Shown here piece after piece: positions 50,499 through 63,381 of a stretch of 64,000 nucleotides of DNA. The position numbers and the translations under genes were made by a program. Location: the NCBI RefSeq assembly GCF_035594765.1, contig NC_085844.1, forward strand, positions 33,247,923 through 33,311,922, read 5' to 3'. Source of the DNA: Anolis carolinensis. Its lineage: Eukaryota. The notes under the pieces were generated by a model. The model did not search any database. It saw only the letters and a list, made by a program, of their open reading frames with translations, and had not been told where the DNA came from. Each line of letters starts with the position of its first letter. Positions within the stretch are counted from its first letter, which is position 1.

Positions 50499-50744
50499 TT
50501 TAAGGTTCTATGCTGTAGTACAGGAGGAAATTGATCACACATCAAAGCAGGCTTTTGTGTTAATCATAGGCAATTGGAAACAGAGCAGAACAAAACATTT
50601 TAGGAGAATTTGGCCTAGGATCAAGTAATTAAGTAGGAAAGTGACTGAATTTTGTGAGGCCATCAGTTTGTTCATGTTCACTGTAAACACATATTTAAAC
50701 AACTGAAAGGCTACTATATACACCGATATCCTAAAGGGTTACGG

Positions 50745-51281
50745 TAAACCACTTAATACTAAAGTTAAGATTGTCCACACTATCCTTTTTCCAATTCTTA
50801 TGCAGGATTTCAAAAGTTGGACAGTGGAGAAAGCTGATAGGAAGAAAATCAACTCATCTGAAATGTATTACTGGGGAAGAGTTCTAGGAATACTGTGGAC
50901 TTTTTTAAAAAGTGCAAATAAACGGGAATTAGATCAAATCAAGTTTGACTCTCCCTATAAGCTGAGATGACTAAACTGAGACTGCTGTACGTTGGAGGTA
51001 TCATGGGAAGACATGACTCATTAGGGCCCCAATAATGCTTGTTAAGGTAGAAGGCACCAGGAAAAAAATTATTTCTATATTGTATTATATGTACAAAGAA
51101 AAATCAAATATATATTATTAAGAAAGAAAAAGGGTGATCACATTACAGGTGGATGAACTCAAAAGATTGCTGGCCATGAATCAGGTAGGGTGACTTGGAG
51201 GTTTTTCATCCACAGGACTGATAGAAAGTCAAAGTTAACTTGGTAGCAGTTAACATCAACAACAAAAACAACAACAACAAC
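50745..51281 (+). mobile_element. RTE-clade LINE 3' fragment
   Basis: TKVKIVHTILFPILM....SWTVEKADRKKINS.EM..W.RVL.I.WT (RTE ORF C-terminus); (caa)n tail. Confidence 0.85.
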
Positions 51282-52254
51282 TAAAAGCAAGCCAGTATGG
51301 TGAAATCTGCATTGTGTTACTCTTAGAGATTAGGAACCTCAAGGTCAAAAAGAGGGAGTTGAATACACAAAAATTCAAAGACAAACTTTTAAGCATATAA
51401 AGCTCTCTGCCTGGATGAACAAATCTATCCATTTTACCTTTTGCTAGTTTCAACTGAAGAAACAAACAGAAAACTCTCTTAAGACATTTGTGAAATTAGC
51501 AAAGTTCTTACACAAAAAACTCTGAATAAAGTGAAACCTTTATCCTATTCCTTTCTTATATATGCTTGGATTGGCTAGGAGAGAAGTAGATGCATTGTTT
51601 TACCAAAACTCTAAGCATTGTTTAATGTCATTTATATTGTGCCTCACAAACACACAGTTTTTACCTGCTTAATGAGCTTTAGTCATGGATACGTTCCATA
51701 ATCCTTGTCTATGATCTCATGGATTATTGAAATATGTAATATGTGTTACAATAATTCACTTTTAGTTTATCTTGATTCAATATAGATATTCTTTTATCTT
51801 TCCTTCTCCATATGTTCTTAGTCAGCTTTGTTCTGGTTAACTCAATTGTTTGCAGATCAGATTAGATTTTCTCCACAGGGAAACATCTCTTGTCTCTTTG
51901 ATGCCAGGAAAATAGTTTTGATATGGACAGAAACAGAGGAATGTTAACTGGTTTTGTAGTAAATGCTGTATCATTAGCACTTTTGTTTGTGATGTTGAAA
52001 TGAAAAGGAAAGAAGGAATATTTTAGGGAGTACATAAAGACTGGAGTAGTTAATGGCTAGGTTTTTCTAGAGACACCTAGGACATTGGAAGGAGAATCAG
52101 ATATAACCTGAATATTGTGGGTAGAATTTCAGCACTTGGAAAACTTACTTTTGATACTCCAACCTCTGCAAAAAGTAAGACACTATTGTCTTGAAATTCA
52201 CACAATGCCCTGTAAGGAAATTATATTTGCAGATCCCTTGCAAATATAATCCTT

Positions 52255-52549
52255 CCCAGTGGTGAAGTGCATTAAAGCACTGAGCTGGAGACCAAAAGGT
52301 CCCAGGTTCAAACCCCGGGAGCGGCGTGAGCGGCCAACCTAGCAGTTTGAAAACATGCAATGCGAGTAGATCAATAGGTACTGCTCTGGCAGGAAGGTAA
52401 CGGCGCTTCATGTAGTCATGCCGGCCACATGACCTTGGAGGGGTCTACGAACAACGCCGGCTCTTCGGCTTAGAAATGGAGATGAGCACCAACCCCCAGA
52501 GTCAGACATGACTGGACTTAACGTCAGGGGAAGCCTTTACCTTTACCTT
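52255..52549 (+). mobile_element. Sauria SINE with internal deletions
   Basis: ggtcccaggttcaaacccc head, gagtagatcaataggtac body, (accttt)n tail. Confidence 0.92.
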
Positions 52550-52562
52550 ATATTACTTACAT

Positions 52563-52612
52563 TTTTTTTCTGTGTTAGGAGCAACTTGAGAAACTGCAAG
52601 TTGCTTCTGGTG
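52563..52612 (-). mobile_element. 50-bp extreme 3'-end retroelement insertion (possibly Vingi-like)
   Basis: Poly-T plus hairpin ggagcaacttg-agaaactg-caagttgcttc; 10-bp TSD ttacttacat (52553-52562, 52613-52622). Family assignment is from recall only. Confidence 0.7.
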
Positions 52613-55049
52613 TTACTTACATGCATATGTATTAATAAAATACAAAATAAAAAGATGGGAACAGCAGGCACATTCATCCATGCAAGTTTTCTTGGCTCTC
52701 AGGTCATGAATATCCCTCATCACATCATCTTGACTTCTCTCCATTGGACCAAGACAACTTAAGAATTGTTTTTGTTTTTTTAAAGCAAGTTGTTAAAGAA
52801 TGCTTTTGATTTTTTAAAGACATGTTTTGCTTGTTATAGTAAGACTATATATACTCTGGGGTATATTCTTTATGCTGTCATATTGTATCTTGTTACACCA
52901 AAAATATTGTTTGATAACTCATCCCAAACAAGGCATATTAAATGATTTTTACTGAAATTATTCATCTGCCTTTTTTCCAGCACCAAAGGTAGAATGAAAT
53001 GAAAATAAAGCTTCCAAATACGTCAGACTATTCCATCTGTTTTGCTTTGATAATACAACTCCTCATGTTTCAAGATGCTGACAATTTGGCAGCCTTTAAA
53101 GGCAACTGGGGCCATTAAATTCATTGTGGAGATATAATCTGTCTTTCTAAGTAGAGAGGATGGGTTCATTTGGAAAATCTTCATCTGAAATTTCAGTTTG
53201 CCTGCACTTGCTAGTAATCATCAGCATTATCATATCAAAAACAGTAGCAGGTGAAACAACAGGAGGCTAGATATAGTGAAGCTTAGACAAGGATGCAACC
53301 TTAGAAGTTGTAAATACAGTCAGGAAACTTCAAGAAATGTGATGGAAATATTTGAGATTTTCAGTTAGAAAACATGAACAAAAAATGCCTTTTGTTTGAT
53401 TATTAGTACTTACACTACAGCAGGAACAGAGAACCTTAAATCTGTCAGCCTCTGTTGGATTACCCTTCCCACCATTCTTGCTCACTGTCCATGTTGGCTG
53501 GGACTGGGTGTAGACTCCTATAGTATTGGTCAAAGGGAAATCTCTAAATTTTATGTTCCCCAGTTCCCCCACAATCAAAAACAGCTCCACTTATCCTGCT
53601 GCTGCTGCTCAGGTGAAGATGCTGATTGGAAATGACTGAAATTGCAATCCAACTCATCTGGAAAGCACTAGGCTTGGGGAAAGGTCTATTTACTTGAGCA
53701 TTTTGGGCCCCACAATAGTTAGGTAGATATCTGTATCCCAAGGTTTTGAATTCTGCTTCTGACATTCAAACATGTCGGGCATCGTGAACATCGTGTTTGA
53801 TGTGTACAACTGAACCTCAATAAAGACTGGGCAAATTCTGAAATCCTGTGGGCTGTACATGTCTAATCCACATTTTCAAGCATGAATTCTTGAACTAAAC
53901 ATTTGTTCCTTTTTGTTAGTTTGCATGTGTAAATGCAGATCACAAAAATCTGTTTTTTATATATTTTTAGAAAACTCTCTGCACCTCAAGCTGCCACTAG
54001 CCTGCAGAATAATGTTGATAGATATATAAAAAAAAGAAAGGGAAAAGAATGTAACAGGCAGAAATGTGAATTCACATGCAGTGCATTTTTATTGGGGTCA
54101 TGAAGCCTCTTATCAAGGTAAATAGATACAGAAGTTGTAGGACAAGGAGACACCCTTTGAAATCCATCAGTGCCAAGGTGCCAAGCAACTAATGCATATT
54201 GTGTCCACTGCTTGAGCTTTCTTTTCTAGATGCTTTATCAGGACATTTCAAGGTTAGAATAATACCTATTTCTTATCAAAGAACTTTGGGAAACTGTTTT
54301 CATCAGGGGACCTTACTGAATCAGAAATGTTTTTCTAATGCCTGAGTGTGTATGGGACTTTGCTTTATGCAGGTTTAGGGACACTGAAACCCTTGAACAT
54401 TGCTTCTGATTGTTAGAAAATATCATTAAAGAATATCACAGTAAATTTAGACTCGATTTCATAGAGAACAGGCACTGTTCTGTTTTGTTAACAGCTATCT
54501 AAATTATCATAATGTAGGCCATACCTTTCCAATGCAAATTGGCTTAAGTTCCACATTTAAATTTCAGTATATTTTGGTGTATTTGAGTTTAAGGACCATA
54601 AAGTTACTATTTGAAATACAAAATGGTTTAAACCTCATAGCCAAAATATCTCTTACACATGACAGCGTTATCTCTTGGACTGTTTAATGGCAACAGTTCA
54701 TACCTTGTTTCTGGTGGTTAATGTGTTTTAGAATGTAAGGACATTTTTCACAAGACAATATAATTTATAATATAAAATCATATATTTTTTGATTATGTTG
54801 TTGAGGACAAATACGTGTTTCTAAAACGTATTTTGGAAGGAAAGGTATTTTCAGCCCCCTCTTGGTCTTCAGTACTGGTGACTCTTTATACAGTATAAAA
54901 AGCAATCCCCAGAATTAAAACCATCAATTTTTTAAAAGTCATAGTGGAAGATATTGCCCCCACCCACACCAAGGCAATTTAAACGATATATCACTTCTCC
55001 ATACTAACTTAAAACATGGCCACATAGATAGATGACTCCTGTACTTTAA

Positions 55050-56071
55050 TGTCAAACTCACAATAAATACTATAGCTTAATCCCACCAACCACTCCATCA
55101 ACTATAGAGCAATTGAAATAGCAAAGCAGTTTATTGAAGAATATATGAATAAAAAACAAAGTCAAAATGTCAGAAATAGTCCACAGAATTCGCAGTACAG
55201 GAATAGCATCAAATACCAGGAACAAGGGGAGCCCCGGTGGTGAAGTGTGTTAAAGCACTGAGCTGCTGAATTTGCGGACCCAAAGGTCCCAGGTTCAAAT
55301 CCTGGGAGTGGAATGAGCGCCCACTGTTAGCCCCAGCTCCTGCCAACCTAGCAGTTCAAAAACATGCCAGTGTGAGTAGATCAATAGGTACCGCTCCGGC
55401 GGGAAGGTAACGGTGCTCCGTGCAGTCATGCCGGCCACATGACCTTGGAGGTGTGTATGGACAACGCCCGCTCTTCGGCTTAGAAATGGAGATGAGCACC
55501 AACTCCCAGAGTCAGACATGACTGGACTTAACATCAGGAGAAACATTTACCCTTTACCAGGAACAAATCCAAAACATGAGATTCAGGAACAATCCTTAAA
55601 ACTTGGAAGCATGGAACATGAGCAACAGGAAACATGGAACTAGAAATCCCTTAACAATCTTGACTTGGCAGGAGTTGTATCCTCAAAAAGCCTTTTGGTC
55701 TTGTTAATATAAACAGAAAATCATGCCTTCTCCCCTGAGAAACTGACAAACACTTTTTCGCTAACAAGCATCTTGACCTTCTCAAACTTTGTTGAGCAAC
55801 CCAGTGTTGACTAAATGTAAACCTCCTATCTAACTACTCATTAGACTGAGCACCTGGAGCCTCCCCCTCTGAGCTGATCTCTGCTTCTGATCCTGCTTCC
55901 CTAGTGAATGCCCTCTCTGGAATGTGTCCTTCAGATTCAGACAGCTCGTTTTCAGGGTTTAAAATATCCTGCTGCTGATTGTCCTGCTGACGTGCAGGCC
56001 CAGAATCCCCAGTGACATCTCCAGAATCCCCAGTGACATCAGGTACGGGCACAATCAAAGGCTGAACTACA
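55050..56071 (-). mobile_element. Solo LTR (Gypsy-like) interrupted by a Sauria SINE
   Basis: Minus strand starts TGtagttcagcc and ends gagtttgaCA; minus-strand aataaa near 55131; no matching TSD. Confidence 0.75.
55226..55554 (+). mobile_element. Sauria SINE, full length
   Basis: ggggagccccggtgg head; 12-bp TSD taccaggaacaa (55214-55225, 55555-55566). Confidence 0.95.
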
Positions 56072-56264
56072 AGTTCTGTGGAAGAGTTGAAATAAAATAA
56101 AAGATTTGATAGTGCCAGTATTTACAGATTTGCAATCTTGCCCTTGCACAGTTAGAACATTTTACAGTTCAGTTGTTACATTATGTCAGGCAACCAATTT
56201 TCATTGGCTTTAATGGCTTTCATTCACAGTAAGCCAAATATATAGGATTCCACTTGTAAACATT

Positions 56265-56396
56265 GGCCCCATCTACACTGCCATATGCAGTAATGCAGTT
56301 TCATAACACAAATTAACTGCACTGAACTGCATTATATGAGTCAATGTAGTTAAACTACTTTATGAAACTGCATTATATTGCAGTGTAGATGGCACC
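56265..56396. mobile_element. Harbinger-like MITE
   Basis: ccatctacactgc.atat / atattgcagtgtagatgg inverted ends. Confidence 0.78.
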
Positions 56397-56849
56397 TAAG
56401 TGCAACTTGAAGACAGGACTGCATTTTAGATGTAAAATTTCCTTGCTACTCTTTGTTTCATTTGTTTCTAACTGTAAGTAGGGGTTTCTGTTCTCACCCA
56501 TGCCTTCTTTCAGAAAGAATGTTCCATGACTTGACCAGAAAGGATAATGAAATATATGCTTTCCACTTTGGGAAGCAAGGAATTCCAGTGTGGCCAGTTC
56601 TGTAACAATGGCAGTTTAACATTACATTGTAATTGTACAGTTTTAGAGAGTGGGGTACATCTTGTATTTTGCCTCAAGAAAGAAAGGAAAAAGCAAGCAT
56701 GTAAATGTGTCCATGCTTAGAATTTGCTTGTAGAGGTGATGGAGTCTATAGTTACTTGCTTTTTAAAATAAAGTACAGCCCTTGCAGATAATTTCATTTC
56801 TAGAAAGTGAGAGATAAAGTTATCAGAAATTTTGGATTTCAAAGATTAA

Positions 56850-57540
56850 CTAGACAATGGCATAGAAGTAGTGGGGTATTGGATGAATGAGTGTTTCTTA
56901 AAGATGAGATATTAAAGAAACAGTCAAAAATACTTCCAATGAGAAAGACAAATGGGAGATGTCTAAAAAATCCCAAGTTAGATGAACAAAGAACTTTTTG
57001 ATGAGCTGAGATTTAAATGACACTTGTACAAGAAATGCAAGAAGGGGAAAATCATGAGAGGAATACAAAGTAACATCCAGGGAGAAAGTCTGAAAAACTA
57101 AAGATCAGAATAAGCTCCGGCTTCCACGAAAGATTAAAATAATAAAAAGAGCTCTCTTTTCTATGTTTGAGCAACAGCGAAAAATAACAAGAATTTTTAG
57201 GGCTAATATATAGAGAAGATGGTGAGATGCTACTAGGAGACAGAGAGAAGGCCAAACAGTTCAACCTTCTTCACCTCAGCCTTCTCCCCAAAGGGAAACA
57301 AGACTTTAATTGGTGAAAATAAAACAAACAATGCAGTACGAAGACTGCTGCACAGAATAAGTAAAAAGGTAACGAAGGGATAGCTATCTACTTTCTAAAA
57401 GAATTCAAGCCTCTAGGGCTATCTGAACTGCATTCAATGGTACTAAAAGAACTTGCAAGTGTAATCTTAGAACCACTGTTGAATTTGTTCAGAATTCTTG
57501 GAGAAAAGGAAAGATCCCAGTAGATTGGAAGAAGGATGTT
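56850..57540 (+). mobile_element. Old CR1 ORF2 fragment
   Basis: Decayed KPLGLSELHSMVLKELASVI.EPL..LFR.S....E.P.DW motif upstream of the RT. Confidence 0.7.
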
Positions 57541-57651
57541 TGCTGCTTCCAAGCAAATAATGGGACATGAACAGAGATACAAAGAGGTTCCATCAAAATA
57601 TGAATTCAATGTTCTTTATTGTAAGAGCCATAGAACAAATATTGAGAATTT

Positions 57652-58165
57652 GACACCTGGAATATTGTTTCCAATTCTGGGCACCACAATTCAAGAGAGA
57701 TATTAAAGAAGGAACGTGTCCAGAAGAGGGTGACTAAAATGCTCAGAAGCCTGGAGACCATACCCTATGAGGAGCGTCCTAAAGAGCTGGGTATGATTAG
57801 CCTGCAGAGAAAAGGTTGAGAGGAGACATGATAGCCATGTATAAATATGTGAAAGGATGTCATAAGGAATTGGGAGAAGGCTTGTTTTCTGATGCCCATG
57901 AAACTAGGACTTAGAGCAATGAGTTCAAATTACTGGAAAGGAGATTCCACCTGGACATTAGGAAGAACTTCCTGACCATAAGAGCTTTTCAACAGTGGAG
58001 CTCTCTGCCTTGGAGTGTGGTGGAAACTCCTTCCTTGGAGGTTTTTAAACAGAGGCTGGATGGCTATCTGTCAGGGGTACTTTATGCTTTTCCTGCATGG
58101 CAGGGGGTTGGACTAGATGGCCCATGTAGTCTCTTCCAGCTCTATGATTCTATGATTATATGATA
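57652..58165 (+). mobile_element. CR1 LINE 3' end (younger)
   Basis: HLEYC.QFWAPQFK.DI..ERVQKRVTKM..LET.PYEER.KELGM; (tctatgat)n tail. Confidence 0.92.
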
Positions 58166-59819
58166 TAGGACACATATTTAAATGTGTTAAATAATATAAA
58201 ACTGCATTTGTTTTCTGCTGCTCCATAGACTAGAACATGAATCAATGTATTCAAATTACAAGAAAAGAGAATACACCCATATGTTAGGATGAGTGCACTC
58301 CCTCAGAGAATGGTGGCCTCTTTTTCTTTGGGGTTTTTTAACCGAGGCTGGATGGTCACCTTTCGGGAGTGCTTCATTCATTCATATATTCCTGCATGAC
58401 AAGGAGATGGATTGCATGACACTTCCATTTCCTTCAATGTTTTCAGTTTTATTATGTTTATTTACCTCTTGGCTTTTGAGTGAGGTTTTCTTTTTCAGGA
58501 ATGAAAGACTACAGTAGGTGTTTAGTTGGGGTGGAAAGATATATACAAGAAAAGCTCAAGGTAAGAATAGTATTCACCATTCTTATCTGAAAGTAGAAAA
58601 CATGGAAATCTTTCATCAGCCCTAACCCTACAATTACTAGAGGGATCATATAATGAAAATCAAGCTTTAGGAAAGTCAAAGGTTACACTGATTAATATGG
58701 AGATAAGAGAACTGGTGACATATAATGAGATGGGAGAATTTGAGTAGAACAAAGAATAGGAAATAAATGATAATGTTCATAAAAGAGACACAATGCATAG
58801 CCCCTATTAATAATCAGAGACAAAATTGTGATCAATCCTTTTAAATTAAGAAAAATGCAATAATAATTGCTCTCTTCTCAAGTTTAAATATGAATCTCTG
58901 AATCTATCTATAATGAAATTTCAAATCCAGACTACTGTACTGCTAATACTACCATTATCAACATATAATTATTTTACAATTCAAAAACCCAGTCTGTGTA
59001 ATATGAAATCCAAATTCTTTTATTGCTTGGTTTTCCATTTATTACATTCATGCAGTATTTCTGAGCCCAAGGTTAATTAGCTTATTAGAAACCCACTATT
59101 GTTCCTCATAATAAAATAAAATGTAGCTCATGTAGGCATCTAAGCACCAAACATATTCAATTGCTGCATTAAACTCTTTAAAATTCTGAGGATTATGCAG
59201 ATATTTTATTTCTTGTTTCTGCTAGTCAGGAAAGGCTGGAAGAAGGCTGTGCTCAAAACAAATTGAAAATGGTCTCCTTCAGCATTAAGATCTCTCTGGA
59301 AAATGTCATTTTTAGTAATGCTCTGCTGAAGAAAACCTATACCTGATATGATGGTTTTAGGTTATGCAGCCGAGGTAATCCCTGTTTTGTAAAGAAGAGA
59401 ACATTGTGAAAAGTTCTATAAAACATAGGAAGACATGACGTTTTTAAAAAGAGGACTTATTTTTAGCTTCACGGTGTGGCATTTGAAATTATGCAGCTGT
59501 TTCTCTACTTATCCAGTACATACATTATACAGTTGAATGTGCGATATACGTATTGATTTATTTTGACCCAAGAACCTCTCCTCCTCTTTGCATCTCACAA
59601 TAACCTTGGAATGTATTAGGCTCAGAGAAAGTGACAGGCCAAAGGTGAGGATGAGCTTCATAGTCAAGTAGGAATTTTAGCCCTTTCTCCATCTTCCCAC
59701 AACTGTCCTGTCTCTCAGTAATGTCATGTTTCATGTGTAAATGCATAAAAACAATGCTTAATTCTGTACCCACCAACTGGGTAAAGCAATTGGTAGAGAT
59801 GTTCAGATGCACCTAACTC

Positions 59820-60960
59820 CTCTGAATGAATTCAAGTTGTCAGGGTCAGATAAACGCATCCAAAGGCATTGAAGGAATTTGCAGATGTAATCTCAGAAAG
59901 ATTATCAATAATCTTGCATAACTTTTGGAGTCTAGGGAAGGTCCCAATAAACTGGAGGAACACAAATGTTGCCCTCATCTTTAGAAAGAATAGAAAAGAG
60001 AGCTTGCTGGCCAATAAGCTTGATATTGCTACTAAGAAAGATTCCAGAATGGAAATTAAACAGTCTGTGAAAATTGAGAAAAGAAAGCCATCCATAGGTC
60101 AGTGCAAAACAAGATATGCCACACTAATCATACCTCATTTTTGATAGAACTACAAGCTTTATATATAAGAAGAATGCTCTAGATTATAATATTTTTATTT
60201 CTGTAATGTCCCCTATGTTCTTGCAGAAGAGTTGTCAAATAAGAATGGACAGTGATGTTGTTATGTGGATCTGTAACTAGTCCTTTTCATTCTGTATCCC
60301 TAAAGAAAAGATATGGGATGGATGTAAGTAAGGGAGCCAAGTAAAATGCACAAACATAAGATAGGTAACAACTAGCTTGACCACACAAATCAACAGCAAG
60401 ATGTAGTAGCCAAAAAAGCCGATCGAGTTCCATGTTCCATCAACAGGATTATTGTGTCCAGACTTGAGGAGGTAATCATCCTATTATATTCTGCTTTTTT
60501 GAGACCTTCATTGGAGTCTGTCCAGCTCTGGGCACAGAGATTATGTCCACTATCAAACTAGAATGTATTTAGAGGAAGGTGACATAGATAGTAAAAGGTC
60601 TGCTAAACAAAGCACTGCTTGGGATACTAGGTATGCCTAGCTTGTAGAAAAGAAGATGGAGAGGTAATATGATATCCATATTTCAGTATCTGAAAATGGG
60701 GCAGAGTTGTTTTCTGCTGCTCAGAGATTGAAACAAACAAATTGACTCAAATCGCAAGACAACAGATTCCATTACAACTTGTGGGTGTTAAAAGGTGTTT
60801 GATAGTGGTATAGACTGGCTTGTAAGGTGGTAGACTCTAGTTCTATGCCAGTCTTTAAGTAAATCTTCTAGGGCCGTCTTTGTAAAGTTCATTGGTTATG
60901 TATTACTGCACAATAGGAGATTGAACTGCACGGATCTTGTTTTCCATCCATTTGATTCTT
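59820..60960 (+). mobile_element. Old fragmented CR1 LINE
   Basis: ORF 59869 KEFADVISE.LSII...W..G.VP.NWR..NV.LIFRK, with further decayed CR1 blocks to the 3' UTR. Confidence 0.8.
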
Positions 60961-61039
60961 TGTGATCTTAGACTGTTGTTTTAAAGTTGTAAGTGAATAG
61001 GAATATTAAAATATACTCATGTAAGTGTTCTAAAAAAAG

Positions 61040-61042
<3 letters not shown>

Positions 61043-61099
<57 letters not shown>

Positions 61100-61100
61100 A
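61043..61100. repeat. (TA)n/(TATG)n microsatellite
   Basis: Seen directly. Confidence 0.97.
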
Positions 61101-61139
61101 CGTTGTGTATTTTGCCCATTTCTAATGGTTCATGAGAGT

Positions 61140-61322
61140 GTTTAAGATCCCCCATGGATACAAAAGCTCTATTTTATACAAGAGCATAGTAAAATGGTGC
61201 CCCTTGAATTAAATGGCAAAATCAAGGTTTGCTTTTGGGAATTTCTTTTTGTGGAATATTTTCAAGCCATGGATGGTTGAATGCATGGATTCAGAATGTG
61301 TGGATATGAAGGTACGATAGTA
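61140..61322. mobile_element. Tigger (MER2-like) MITE end
   Basis: aatattttcaagccatggatggttgaatgcatggattcagaatgtgtggatatgaagg terminus. Confidence 0.6.
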
Positions 61323-61452
61323 CAAGTTTCACCACATTTGTCTGTGAAAAGTAACTGGATCAAGTTAGTTTTTCTTTTCTTTTTTTAAAAGATGGGATGC
61401 TCATCTAGGTTCTTATTGTCAGGTAATTTGTCAAGCACATGGAATCAAAGTA

Positions 61453-61775
61453 CAGTAGAGTCTCACTTATCCAACGTAAACGGGCTGGCAGAATGTTGGA
61501 TAAGCGAATATGTTGGATAATAAGGAGGCATTAAGGAAAAGCCTATTAAACATCAAATTAAGTTATGATTTTACAAATTAAGCACCAAAACATCATGTTA
61601 TACAACAAATTTGACAGAAAAAGTAGTTCAATATGCAGTAATGCTATGTAGTAATTACTGTATTTACGAATTTAGCACCAAAATATCATGATGTATTGAA
61701 AACATTGACTACAAAAATGTGTTGGATAATCCAGAACGTTGGATAAGCGAGTGTTGGATAAGTGAGACTCTACTG
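61453..61775. mobile_element. Young Tc1/mariner MITE
   Basis: Perfect TIR cagtagagtctcacttatccaac; TA TSD on both sides; subterminal gttggataa repeats. Confidence 0.95.
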
Positions 61776-61976
61776 TATACTATACATACTTCAGCACCAG
61801 GGAATTCTGCTTATTCCCCTTTACATCTAGCTGTTTCAATCAAGCTTATATGCAGGGCCGGTCCAACATGGGGACGCCAATTACGCCTCGGAGTTGGGCG
61901 CACATTGACGGGGGGCGCTCTCGGGCAAAACATGTGCCTTGGCAGCTCTCCGTGCGCCCCGTACCCTCCGTGCCTT

Positions 61977-62629
61977 TTTCCAGCTGATTTTGACATTTTT
62001 GTCCCTGAGTGGGATTCGAACTCGCAGCCTCCTGGTTCTGAGTGTGGTGTACTCTCTCTGGGAGCCACCGACTGCCCTGTAACAATAGCAATTCGGAACT
62101 TATACTTATTCTCTCTCTTGCAATCAGTTCATCTTTTCCCTTTATCTTCTAAGAATAATAATAAAAAAACTTTATTTATTTATTTATTTATTATGATATA
62201 ATACTGATAATAATACAATTTAATAATTTTAATTATATATTATATATTAAATGTAATATTACTAATAATATTACAATGTAATGATTTAGTACAATATAGT
62301 AATTTAATACTATTATTTTACTATGCTAATAATATAATGTATTGTATGTGAATGTAATTTGTAAGCTGCTCTGAGTCCCCTTTGGGGTGAGAAGGGCAGC
62401 ATATAAATGTAGTAAATAAATAAATCGAGCTGTCAAGCCTTGCCTTCTCTGGCAAAACATTTCCAACTGATTTTGACATTTTTGTCCCTGAGCGGGATTC
62501 GAACTCGCAGCCTCCTGGTTCTGAGTGTGGTGTGTTCTCTCTGGGAGCCACCGACTGCCCCGTAACAATAGCAATTCGGAACTTATACTTATTCTCTCTC
62601 TTGCAATCAGTTCATCTTTTCCCTCTATC
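61977..62629 (-). repeat. Two 170-bp direct copies containing a tRNA-like (Pol III box A/B) segment
   Basis: 61977-62146 and 62460-62629 differ at 6 positions; minus strand reads ggtggctc..gcgagttcgaatccc. Confidence 0.85.
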
Positions 62630-63229
62630 GGGGCCATCCTGGCCCCGTGCCTTCCCAAACTTAGGGACATTCCTTCCTTCATCCCTCTCTTTAGAGTCCC
62701 CCAGGATTTATGTGCCAAGGAGTCTGGCTTGCTAGGGTACTTTGGGAAACTACATCTTTCATGTATATAAAATTGTCCTAAAAGCTCAGTGTTTCTGTCT
62801 ATGTGTTCCTACTTGCCCATGTGTTATGTTGCCTCATTATGTTTCTGAGACCCCATCCCCTTCCCTTTGGCGGGAAATGGTGTTTCTGACCCCAAAGAAG
62901 TCCTGCATCCCACATAATCATATAGCCTGCGGGGACGAAATCAAGCTGGGAATTTCCTCATCATGTATAATTATGTGAGAGGCAGTCATAGGGAGCAAGC
63001 TTGTTGTCTTCTGCCTTGGAGACTAGAACATGGAAGAATGGCTTCAAACAAATAACCCACATTACCTGCTTTGAACTGGGATATATGGCAGTAAGGATTC
63101 AGACAATCCAGTTCAAAGCAGGTAATGTGGGTTATCCTGCCTTGATATCCTGGGTTATAGAGCTGTGTGGAAGGGCCCAAATTCTTTCTCCTTCTCTGCC
63201 AAATAATGCTGGAAAGTGTCCAGAGGAGG

Positions 63230-63381
63230 GCCACATCTATGGCAGGCATCCTCAGAGGTTGTGAGGTCTGTTGGAAACTAAGCAAGTGGGGTTTGTATAT
63301 CTTTGTTGAGAGGTGTTAGCTGGCCCTGATTGTTTCATGTTTGGAATTCCCCTGTTTTTGAGTGTTCTTTTTTACTGTCCT
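63230..63381 (-). mobile_element. Penelope pLTR fragment, truncated within the hammerhead
   Basis: ccacatctatggcaggcatcctcagaggttgtgaggt is identical to 10482-10518; the GAAA/GUC half is missing. Confidence 0.85.

Noticed and set aside
62000-62077. Functional tRNA gene
   Set aside because: No acceptor-stem pairing or proper D and anticodon arms; reported only as tRNA-like.
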